A DNA stretch of 64,000 nt, taken from a virus. The translations under genes and the position numbers were made by a program. The notes beneath the pieces are model-generated. The model worked only from the letters and a program-made list of their open reading frames with translations. It did not search any database and was not told the DNA's origin. Shown in pieces: positions 46,253 through 54,747 of the stretch (its first letter is position 1; each line of letters begins with the position of its first letter). The stretch covers positions 1 through 64,000 of IMG/VR virus record IMGVR_UViG_3300020473_000021; one strand, written 5' to 3'.

Positions 46253-46699
46253 TTAATGTCGTATATCCGGGTTATTAGACAACAGCGCCAGCCACAACCG
46301 GACTGGTGTGATCAAACCAGGATCGAACCGCAATGCCATGTTCCCTGCCCTCAACGCACCAGAGATGAACTCCGCTGGTGTAGCATGGTTACGATTATAG
46401 TTTTCAGTTGTAGGTAAACGAAACAGGTGTAACCACCCATAGCGTAGGTGTGTTCTATCTCTTATGTAATCGACGCAACGTCGCTGATCTGGGACATCAA
46501 CATTGATCTCTACATGTTTACCTAATAATTCATAAAAGATGTTCCGATGATGGATACGGACACCTTCATATTTACTTATTTCGCAGACAAACCCGTCCTT
46601 GAAATCTATTGCTACACGGTCCCATGGAGAAACCTGCATGATCCGACTAATGATCGATCCAGACCCCCCGCCACGAGAGAAAATGATGCTGGTAGACAT
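46253..46699 (-). CDS. permuted papain-like (YiiX/NlpC-P60-type) protein, probably inactive
   Basis: Family pattern GSIISRI...SPW-DR-VAI...EGVR...VDVPD...RYGW...AEFISGAL...ITP; the expected His and Cys are absent. Confidence 0.55.
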   Translation of the reverse strand: MSTSIIFSRGGGSGSIISRIMQVSPWDRVAIDFKDGFVCEISKYEGVRIHHRNIFYELLGKHVEINVDVPDQRRCVDYIRDRTHLRYGWLHLFRLPTTENYNRNHATPAEFISGALRAGNMALRFDPGLITPVRLWLALLSNNPDIRH

Positions 46700-46759
46700 A
46701 CCGCATATTCCTTAGTCGCACGACGACCGTTTATTTCTTTCAAACGAAAGAAAAAAAGA

Positions 46760-46825
46760 ACACATACTACCTCCTACTTAGTAGGTTCACTAAGAACCAT
46801 ACCATGAGTAAGAGATAGCATGTGT
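46760..46825 (-). terminator. unusually long hairpin with T-rich tail
   Basis: About 28-bp interrupted stem with three G-U pairs on the minus strand, followed by TCTTTTTTTCTTT. Confidence 0.6.
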
Positions 46826-46834
46826 AGTCTTTCA

Positions 46835-47278
46835 TTAATACTCAGTCACCCTTGAGGTGGTCCACTCAGTTGTCCAAGTGGTCGTATAAGGAACAGCTAT
46901 TTCAGTCAAACGTGAGGTTTGAAATGACGTCACTGTCGTTATATAACCAGATGTAACATGTGAAGTAGTCCAACTTGTGGTAACCTGTCGACTCACTGTG
47001 GTAGAACGAGACGTACCACGACTTGTATTTCGTGATGCCGTCCATGTGGTAGTATAATTGGTAGTCCTACTCACTGACGTCGAACGAGTCTTTGTTGTCG
47101 ATTTAGTCGTACTCCGACTTACGCTCCAGCTGGTGGTCCACGATGTCGTCCAACTTGACGTATATGACGTCGAACGAGACTCAGTACTATACAAAGTAAC
47201 CCAATCTCGAGTGTTGAAGTTAGTCGTATGACTACCCGTTATGGTATTATAACTAGTAGTCCATGAAGTGGTTGGCAT
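46835..47278 (-). CDS. Thr/Ser tetrapeptide-repeat protein
   Basis: AGGAG RBS; 147 aa almost entirely [W/Y/R/K/F]-[T/S/N]-T-[S/T] units. Confidence 0.8.
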   Translation of the reverse strand: MPTTSWTTSYNTITGSHTTNFNTRDWVTLYSTESRSTSYTSSWTTSWTTSWSVSRSTTKSTTKTRSTSVSRTTNYTTTWTASRNTSRGTSRSTTVSRQVTTSWTTSHVTSGYITTVTSFQTSRLTEIAVPYTTTWTTEWTTSRVTEY

Positions 47279-47289
47279 AGTGACTCCTA

Positions 47290-50200
47290 CTATTTCTTAA
47301 CTACGACTCCGCCACCGGGTATGTTGTGAACCAACAACCCACCAGCAAAGTAAGTATCGTATTCTTCAACATCAATACTGACAGTATCGAATTCACCAGT
47401 AACATACACCATGGTTTCGATGAGTACTTCTTCGAGTTCTTCGTTAAGCATGATATCGCCAACTTCAAGATCTCGAACATCAAACCATGACCAACCATTG
47501 CCTTTATTGGCAAGTACTTCGTGTTGTTTAGTAATGGTCAACGTGTCATTAATTAAATAACCCGCACGGAACCAATCCCTTTCAACACTTCTAACAGTAA
47601 CATCGACGTATGTAGGTTTCGATAGGCTTTGTGTTGTCCAATCTCTCCAACCATCGATACTCTCATCGATCATACCTTCAATGTTAACACCACGTAGAAC
47701 GTCACCGACTTTAACATCTCCAGCTAAGATGGTTTCGCCAGATGCCAACCAAAGTTTGGTATCGAGCGATATACAACCACCACCACCACCACCGCCGGAA
47801 TAAGTATTCCTGCTGGTCGTTTTAGAGGTAGAACGAACGGTGTCGGTTGTACGATATGAATAAGTATACTGCATGTAAGAGGATACATATTGAGTATTGC
47901 GTGATCCTTGCTTACTCGTCGTTCGACTGGTCGATTTACTCGTTGACCAACTCGTGGTATAGCTTGTAGATGCGCTATAATTGGTATTAACACTAAAGAA
48001 CGTCGTTTTACTGGTCGTACGACTTGCCGTCCATGAAGTGGTAAAGCTTGTCGTCCAATTAGTATTCCAAACGCTATCTTTAAACGTTTGTCTACTGGTG
48101 GTGTAACTTGTGTTACGCTCCATATAGACTTGCGTGTTACGACTGGTATTGAATCGAGTTGTATATGAACTCATGCGCTCAGTCGTACGAGAGGTCTGTT
48201 TAGATGTTGTCCATTGAGTCACACGACGACGCATAACTTGCAGCTGATAACGATCTGACCAACTACTCCATCCTGCACCAGAACTTTGGTAGCGAACTTG
48301 AAGTTGTAATCCCACATCACTACCTGGTCGGAACCCATTGTTATATGGATTGTGTTTCGTTAGGTCTGATGTAGATTGAACATCGTAAACTACCGTACCA
48401 GATGCATCGCGGATACGCCACTGAGTCCTGATGTGGTCTTCATCGCCATCATACAGACTACCCACCATAGTAAACTCACGAGTGATGCGACCGTCAGCTT
48501 CGCGACCACTAGCCGTTACCGCCGGTTTAGCAATGCGCATGGTATCGATAATGTAAGTCTCAGACCAAGGACTGTCGGTTACGCGATAACCTGCATGTTT
48601 AACGCGAGCATATAGTCGCGTATCGCTTGGCATACCCTTAACGGCTTTACTCGTTAATTCAGTCTTAGACAATTGATCAATCAACCGGTTAGAGAAGTTA
48701 GCGTCAGTAGCTACTTGCCAAACCGAATGACGATGACTGTCGAACGAATCATACGGTCTAACACCAAACGGCGTTGTCTTTATATCGAAATCGATAGGAA
48801 CTCGAGGCATATTACCGGTAACCGCAGGCCACGTAATGGTTGGCTGTTCAACACCACTAAACACAATGTGTAACGTGACCGTTCTAGCTTTACCATCTTT
48901 ATATACCGTAAAGGGTTGATTACCTAAAGGTGAGTTCTTAACAATCTGACCTGTGAAACGTTCACCGACAACACTAATGTCACCTACAGGAGTTTCTACA
49001 GCATAAGAACTCCCCACGTGGTAGTTGGTTATCATCAAGTCGATGTCTTCAGCTTGATAATAACGATTCTCACCATCAAGGTTTATACCACCCATCTCAC
49101 CCGCAGCTTCAAAGGCAGCATCCATCTCGGCTAACGAGACATTATCAACATTACCTAATCCCAACTGTTGTTTGGTGACTTTATGTGGGTTGTTGAAGTT
49201 ACCAGTGTGTGATGATAGCGCATCACCGACAAGGTTATCGATACTCACCTTTAACGTATATGGCGTTAAGTAGTGTGAATCACTCAGACCCTGACTTGCT
49301 ATCGATTCGCTAGCTAATCCATAGTTAACTACTTGACCTAGATTAACTTGCGCTTTAGTAACCTCATGTGGATTTTCTTTATCGGCGATATGCTGATCAA
49401 CCAACACACCACCTTGCTCAGATATGGCAAAGCGCATACCCAACGGATGAATATACGTAAAGTCGTTCTCACCCGTAATAGTTAATGCATTAGATGCCAT
49501 CGGATAATTGTTTAGTTGACCTAAACCCACTTGAGCTTTAGTGACTTGGTGTGGATTGGTATAATCTTCCAAGTGTTGAGTATAATCAGGAACCCACTGC
49601 TCTCCAATCAACCAATGCATTCTGGCCGGAGTTACAAACTTATTTGTGACACCCGACTCATCTGCCATGTCGGAGTTAGTCGCTTCAGCAAAGTTATCAA
49701 CTTCACTCAAACCAACTTGTATCTTAGTGACATCGTGAGGGTCATTATTATCATTAGCGTGATTGGCTAAGTTTTCCAATACCTGATCGAAGTAATCGTT
49801 CAACAAATCCAAACGGTGTTGGAGCATGGCGAATATTTCATCGTGACTCGCTCCATCACCCACAACAAGTGCGGTATGGATCTTCTTCATCAGGTTGACG
49901 AGGAATTCCCAACCATAGATATCCACAATATCAGTCAAGTGACTTTCAGGTGGTAAGAATTCTGGACGACCTAATATACGACCCCATTGAACTTCACGCT
50001 CGTTGAGTTGTAGATCTTCCATTGCGTCGATGATGGCCGGTGCAATAGAAGAGTAATCGCCACCGACACTTTGATATGTCAAACGGATGTTGTTTGATAC
50101 AGACTCATCGGTGATAACGATCCCGGCATAAACGGCTTTATTACTCCGCTCAGTTGGCTCAGTAAAATAAAGAGCTGGCCGATATTGATCTTTATTTAAC

Positions 50201-50373
50201 GGCTGATTATTATCGATATCGTAGATGTTAACAGAGTCAAGATAGAAAGCCCCACCATGGGGCGCAAGGAATCGCTCCTTGTCCCCTAATAATGTTCTTT
50301 GCTCATCACTCACTAAATTAAGTGGTGATTGACCCGTTAGATCTAAGGGATATCTTTGAACACTTACGTCCAT
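47290..50373 (-). CDS. tail fibre: YPLDLTG anchor, 4 NPH-type repeats, Ig/Fn3-like domains, Thr/Ser repeat, Gly7, C-terminal Hint domain
   Basis: RYPLDLTG N-terminus; (N/D)PHxVTKxQxxL repeats; Fn3-like ...ARVKH...SPWS and ...QVRYQ...WSSWS; CISLDT...TKQH...YFAGGLLVHN. Confidence 0.85.
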   Translation of the reverse strand: MDVSVQRYPLDLTGQSPLNLVSDEQRTLLGDKERFLAPHGGAFYLDSVNIYDIDNNQPLNKDQYRPALYFTEPTERSNKAVYAGIVITDESVSNNIRLTYQSVGGDYSSIAPAIIDAMEDLQLNEREVQWGRILGRPEFLPPESHLTDIVDIYGWEFLVNLMKKIHTALVVGDGASHDEIFAMLQHRLDLLNDYFDQVLENLANHANDNNDPHDVTKIQVGLSEVDNFAEATNSDMADESGVTNKFVTPARMHWLIGEQWVPDYTQHLEDYTNPHQVTKAQVGLGQLNNYPMASNALTITGENDFTYIHPLGMRFAISEQGGVLVDQHIADKENPHEVTKAQVNLGQVVNYGLASESIASQGLSDSHYLTPYTLKVSIDNLVGDALSSHTGNFNNPHKVTKQQLGLGNVDNVSLAEMDAAFEAAGEMGGINLDGENRYYQAEDIDLMITNYHVGSSYAVETPVGDISVVGERFTGQIVKNSPLGNQPFTVYKDGKARTVTLHIVFSGVEQPTITWPAVTGNMPRVPIDFDIKTTPFGVRPYDSFDSHRHSVWQVATDANFSNRLIDQLSKTELTSKAVKGMPSDTRLYARVKHAGYRVTDSPWSETYIIDTMRIAKPAVTASGREADGRITREFTMVGSLYDGDEDHIRTQWRIRDASGTVVYDVQSTSDLTKHNPYNNGFRPGSDVGLQLQVRYQSSGAGWSSWSDRYQLQVMRRRVTQWTTSKQTSRTTERMSSYTTRFNTSRNTQVYMERNTSYTTSRQTFKDSVWNTNWTTSFTTSWTASRTTSKTTFFSVNTNYSASTSYTTSWSTSKSTSRTTSKQGSRNTQYVSSYMQYTYSYRTTDTVRSTSKTTSRNTYSGGGGGGGCISLDTKLWLASGETILAGDVKVGDVLRGVNIEGMIDESIDGWRDWTTQSLSKPTYVDVTVRSVERDWFRAGYLINDTLTITKQHEVLANKGNGWSWFDVRDLEVGDIMLNEELEEVLIETMVYVTGEFDTVSIDVEEYDTYFAGGLLVHNIPGGGVVVKK
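47323..47775 (-). other. Hint (intein-like) autoprocessing domain
   Basis: Cys1 (CISLDTKL), block B TxxH (ITKQH), terminal VHN followed by Ile; 151 aa, no endonuclease. Confidence 0.85.
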
Positions 50374-50398
50374 ACATCGACCCTTATTTCATTAACTG

Positions 50399-51334
50399 TT
50401 ACTTAAACGGTGTCTTCAACCAGTCCTTCAATGTGTATTCACTGACCGATAGACGTTGGTTGATATGCATGCGATACGGTTCTCGCAAAGCCAACACCGC
50501 TTCCTTATAGCGCTTGATACGCTCGATGATTTCTTCGTCTTCCATGGTAGGATGTAAGAAACCTGAACACTCATGCATCATTATATTTGTGATGCGTTGG
50601 GCGTCATTATCATCGTGTTCGATAACAGAACAATGGCTATGATAAGTCAGTAACCAATCGGTATCTAACCGCGTTAAATCCACGAACTTCTTACCTTTGA
50701 GTCTGGCTAAGAAACTGAACTCAGACGATTGTAAGGTAGCGATCTCTTCAGCATTATTAAACATACCGTGACCACTGAACTTCCTATCAATCTCAATGAT
50801 ACGATCATAGCCGCAAAAGTTAGCGATATCACGAATAGAATCCCGATTTGTAACGGGGTGTGGTTTAATCACCCATTCAGGATCTTTAAGAAGCTCAATC
50901 AGCTTACTCTGGTCAATAGCTTGAAATAGGTTGCTACCTGGTAACATGATGACCTTCTTGAACTTAGGTGCTTGCTCACCAGGTGCCATCTCATATTTGT
51001 CATCAACGAATGAATGTGGAAACTCAAGCTCCGCATCCTCATCTTTTATTTTTTGTGCTAACTGCCAATTGATCTCTGCTGATGCAGTACCAATTTGAAT
51101 ACCACCTAAGACATCATAATAGTTTAATGTTTTAAAGAAAGGTGGTTCAATCGTGATGCAGTCTGTACCCAATGGGAAATCCAAATGTTGGTCGATGAGA
51201 TCTTCGATTCGATGTAACGAAGAAAGTTTCTTATTACGTTTGTTCTCAGGACCAATGCGATCTTTGTTATCGCCATCTTTGTGGAGATGAAGGCGCGTCG
51301 GTGCCTCCATGAATATACCCTTAGAGTCTGGCAT
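50399..51334 (-). CDS. glycosyltransferase-like protein (capsule synthesis KpsS/KpsC-like GT-B motifs)
   Basis: VIMLPGSN, WVIKPHP, AEEIATLQSSEFSFLARLKGK resembling the T-x-x-S...A-x-x-x-G-K end of capsule-type GTs. Confidence 0.5.
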   Translation of the reverse strand: MPDSKGIFMEAPTRLHLHKDGDNKDRIGPENKRNKKLSSLHRIEDLIDQHLDFPLGTDCITIEPPFFKTLNYYDVLGGIQIGTASAEINWQLAQKIKDEDAELEFPHSFVDDKYEMAPGEQAPKFKKVIMLPGSNLFQAIDQSKLIELLKDPEWVIKPHPVTNRDSIRDIANFCGYDRIIEIDRKFSGHGMFNNAEEIATLQSSEFSFLARLKGKKFVDLTRLDTDWLLTYHSHCSVIEHDDNDAQRITNIMMHECSGFLHPTMEDEEIIERIKRYKEAVLALREPYRMHINQRLSVSEYTLKDWLKTPFK

Positions 51335-51387
51335 TTTTTATTTCCTATTACGTTATGGTTATAGACATAATAAGAGTCTTACATGTC

Positions 51388-51417
51388 AAAAAATAAAGAG
51401 GGGACTTATGCCCCCTC
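51388..51417 (-). terminator. intrinsic terminator after a fibre gene
   Basis: Minus strand GAGGGGG-CATAAG-TCCCCTC + TTTATTTTTT. Confidence 0.75.
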
Positions 51418-51424
51418 GATATAA

Positions 51425-53623
51425 CTACACGATCTCGACTTCAAGAACGCTTGGTTCTCCATTTCGATAAACCGTCATTTTACTTGGACCTGTCGCCCAA
51501 TCCGATTTAACTACGCCTGGAACGATGTCATCGCCAATAGGGAACTGTAGCACATCCCACGTAGACAATGCTTGACTCAAACAACCGAATCCAATCTGTT
51601 GTGCTCCACGGAACACATGTAGATCAGGATCGTCATTTAAGTCGATAGTGAACGTTGCATCAGGTATGTAGTCTGATGTGTTTGTCTGTGTGGTTTCTAC
51701 AGTAATGGTATCACCCACACGCGTCGCTTTAATGCGGACACCGTTAGGTACATCATCCCAACCGTTATTAGGATCATTAGACGAAGTAGGTTTAGAACCT
51801 ACAGAACCATCCGGCCATTTCAAGATACCTTGATAGCGATGTAGTTCTTTCGAATCGACACCGATGGCAAAGTTTTTATGGATTCTGAACTGACCACTGG
51901 TATTGAAACGACGAACAGCCTCAAGCGTATGGACTTGACCACTTGCATCACGAGCATAAGCCAAGACGATACCGATATAGTCATCGTCGCCATTAGCCGA
52001 GCTAACTCTCGCTTCAAATACGTAGTTCTGGTAAGATTCAGGTGAGATAAACCCGATATAAGTTGTGGAGTTAATTGTACACTCAACTGAGTTGGTATCA
52101 GTATTGTACTGCCACGCATTCATCTCAGATTCATCGAATGTCGTCGTTAGCGTATCGCCTTTACGACTGAAACGAGTCCAAGAGTTCAGTATCTCTTGCC
52201 ATGAAGCGCCCTTACCGCCTAGGTTCATCGTTAAAAATGGTGCATCAACTGAATAGTCACTGTAACTATCGTAGTTGGTGATCTGCCATTCATAAGGTTT
52301 ACCACGCGATACCGTAAGTGGACCATCTAACGTAGTTAAGTAGTTAGATCCCGACAATGCGAATCGCTTATCGAGTTGAGCGATCGACATGTTAGGTACC
52401 TTACCTAAACCTACTTGTGCCTTAGTGACCTTATGTGGATTATCCTTACGTGCTACGTGATTCGCTATCTCATCGCCTGCGGCTTGATCTATAGCCTCTT
52501 TAGCTGTTCTGGGAGATAGATATAAGTCGTTACGAGAACCGTCCTTAGCTTGCTGTATAGAAGCCATAGCGAAGTTCTTGAGTAACCCCAATCCCACCTG
52601 ATGCTTAGTGACATTATGTGGGTTAGTGAAATCCTCCAAATGCGCTTGAAGTATTGCACCACCTTGATCGGCGATAGCTCTGCGAGCTAAGTCAGGCGTC
52701 ACATAACGATCGTCTCTCGTGCCCTCTATAGCTTCTTCAATCGTCGCCACAAGAAGGTTAAGTACTTTTCCTAATCCGACCTGAGCTTTAGTCACCTGAT
52801 GAGGATTGTTACGATCGTTTAAATGTTTATCAAGATCTCTCAAGATAAACTCATTAAGGATATCCATCACCTTACTAGGCGTTAGACGAGTATTGTTATT
52901 GAACTCATCATACGCTTCGTCTGTGGTCGATTTAGCGTAGTTAGCAACGTTGCCTAAACCCACTTGGGATTTAGTTACATTGTGGGGATTATCACGACGT
53001 GCTTTATGTTCACGAATACGCATGAGTACGCTATCGGCATATGCATCCATCGATCCATATTCACGTTCAATAAACGCTTCAATCTCAATGTGGGACGTTA
53101 CATCCTTACGCAACACAAGGTCTGTCATGTCGTTCAGTACTTGTACGACATACTCCCAACCGTATATATCACCGATATCATGCAAATGCTGTACAGGTGG
53201 AAATACAGATGGTCTACCAAAAACGTCACCCCAGAGTACCTCACGTTCATCTAAGTTGATGTTATTAATCAAGTTAGCGATGACGGGTTCTATGTTACAA
53301 TAAACACCACCCAACACTTGGTAGTCAACGATTACTCGATCGCCTATCTCAGGATCGGTAATGACGACACCACAACAAATTTCACTATCGGCCAACTTAC
53401 TGGCTTCAGGATAATGAAGTACTGGAATGTATTGCGACTTGATATTAAGTTCACGACCCGTATCGGCATCTCTTACAATGAGCGTGTCTGTGAAGAAAGC
53501 GCCGTGTCGAGTAACAACACTTCGATTGATACCGGGCTTTAGCGTGTGAGGTTCCCCCACTACACGGTTGACAGGCGATTCACCCGTCTTATCTAATCGG
53601 TACTTACGTACGATCTCTTTCAT
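51425..53623 (-). CDS. tail fibre with 4 NPH repeats and a C-terminal lectin-like domain
   Basis: KYRLDKTG anchor domain, NPHxVTKxQVGL x4, SSANGDDDYIGIVLAY motif. Confidence 0.8.
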   Translation of the reverse strand: MKEIVRKYRLDKTGESPVNRVVGEPHTLKPGINRSVVTRHGAFFTDTLIVRDADTGRELNIKSQYIPVLHYPEASKLADSEICCGVVITDPEIGDRVIVDYQVLGGVYCNIEPVIANLINNINLDEREVLWGDVFGRPSVFPPVQHLHDIGDIYGWEYVVQVLNDMTDLVLRKDVTSHIEIEAFIEREYGSMDAYADSVLMRIREHKARRDNPHNVTKSQVGLGNVANYAKSTTDEAYDEFNNNTRLTPSKVMDILNEFILRDLDKHLNDRNNPHQVTKAQVGLGKVLNLLVATIEEAIEGTRDDRYVTPDLARRAIADQGGAILQAHLEDFTNPHNVTKHQVGLGLLKNFAMASIQQAKDGSRNDLYLSPRTAKEAIDQAAGDEIANHVARKDNPHKVTKAQVGLGKVPNMSIAQLDKRFALSGSNYLTTLDGPLTVSRGKPYEWQITNYDSYSDYSVDAPFLTMNLGGKGASWQEILNSWTRFSRKGDTLTTTFDESEMNAWQYNTDTNSVECTINSTTYIGFISPESYQNYVFEARVSSANGDDDYIGIVLAYARDASGQVHTLEAVRRFNTSGQFRIHKNFAIGVDSKELHRYQGILKWPDGSVGSKPTSSNDPNNGWDDVPNGVRIKATRVGDTITVETTQTNTSDYIPDATFTIDLNDDPDLHVFRGAQQIGFGCLSQALSTWDVLQFPIGDDIVPGVVKSDWATGPSKMTVYRNGEPSVLEVEIV

Positions 53624-53629
53624 GATAAT

Positions 53630-54097
53630 CTACTCCTGCATCATCGCTTCTCGATGGTTATCGAGTAGTCTTCCCTTAACACCCACTTCAACTTTACCGT
53701 CGGGAGACCCTTTCTTCGCGATCTTCTTATAATACATCCATCCCATGGCACGCACAGCATAATACATTGAGGTGGCGGCCCAACCGGGTACACCTTCTTC
53801 CAACATACCGCGTTTGAATAAATCATCTGCTTCTTTACGCGTTACACGTCTTGAAGCATATAGGTAGTCGTGCAATAGAGCCGCCCATACAGAACGCCCC
53901 TTAATAGCAGCGTAGATATATGGAACCTTTGGAACGCTGTCTAAGTCTGTAGTGAAGCCAGTCGGTACGGTGTGACCATATTTGTTCCAATCTTCAACAA
54001 CGACCCACCAACCTCGTTTTGGTAATGGTGCAAGTGTCGGGACATTAATGTTATCGATGAACGACTTAACGTCCTTTATTTGCATTTGATCTTTCAT
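53630..54097 (-). CDS. DUF1353-family protein
   Basis: VPTGFTTDLDSVP, AALLHDYLY, RKEADDLF, MYYAVR. Confidence 0.8.
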   Translation of the reverse strand: MKDQMQIKDVKSFIDNINVPTLAPLPKRGWWVVVEDWNKYGHTVPTGFTTDLDSVPKVPYIYAAIKGRSVWAALLHDYLYASRRVTRKEADDLFKRGMLEEGVPGWAATSMYYAVRAMGWMYYKKIAKKGSPDGKVEVGVKGRLLDNHREAMMQE

Positions 54098-54173
54098 GAG
54101 TCACCCAAAAATATTTAAATCAGTCATAAAGATATCACCACCGCCGAGACCATCGGACAGTGGTGATATATCA

Positions 54174-54737
54174 TCAATATTGGGGATCAGTATTCCTCAT
54201 ACCCTCTATAATGGCCTTATGATTCTCAAATGTAGAGACAACGTCAGCAGTAGCGGCCGTTCTAATCTCCGCCTTTGCTACTAATCGGGCAGCGCGTAGT
54301 TGACGCACAAACTCCTTTAGTCGACCCATCTCCACTTTGATATCATTAACGGCCCAACTAACCGTCTCACCTTTAACATCGGCCCAAACTTGTATTTCAA
54401 GTGGTACGCTACCCTCGGTGGTAGGTGATCCTGCTTCTTCCCATTCTCGAATGGCTTCTTCTACCTGACGATATTCAATATCGATAGAGCGGAAACCGAC
54501 TTCCATGTGACTGACACGAACCTCATCTGAGATCCTATCGATCTCAGATAAATAGTACTCTCGCATGGTAAGCCACACACCATCGGTTTTCTCTTTAACG
54601 AAGTCTATCTCAGTCTGATCTAGCTCCGTCATATCGTCGCCCAACACTTCCACTGAAGAGTAAGCCATGTCCCCGTATACGAGTTTTACCGAACCACGAT
54701 AATCCTCAGGGCCTGTCATTGTATATTTAACAAACAT
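54174..54737 (-). CDS. putative tail fibre assembly protein
   Basis: EIDRISDEVR...IEYRQVEEAIREW...VPLEIQVWA...LRAARL pattern; located within the fibre cluster. Confidence 0.55.
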   Translation of the reverse strand: MFVKYTMTGPEDYRGSVKLVYGDMAYSSVEVLGDDMTELDQTEIDFVKEKTDGVWLTMREYYLSEIDRISDEVRVSHMEVGFRSIDIEYRQVEEAIREWEEAGSPTTEGSVPLEIQVWADVKGETVSWAVNDIKVEMGRLKEFVRQLRAARLVAKAEIRTAATADVVSTFENHKAIIEGMRNTDPQY

Positions 54738-54747
54738 TGATAATCAC

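Noticed and set aside
47323-47775. Mobile splicing intein
   Set aside because: No endonuclease, +1 residue is Ile and only 10 aa follow; better described as a Hint/BIL-type domain.
46835-48230. DGR template/variable repeat pair or DNA tandem repeat
   Set aside because: The similarity is at protein level with scrambled codons, and no reverse transcriptase is in the window.
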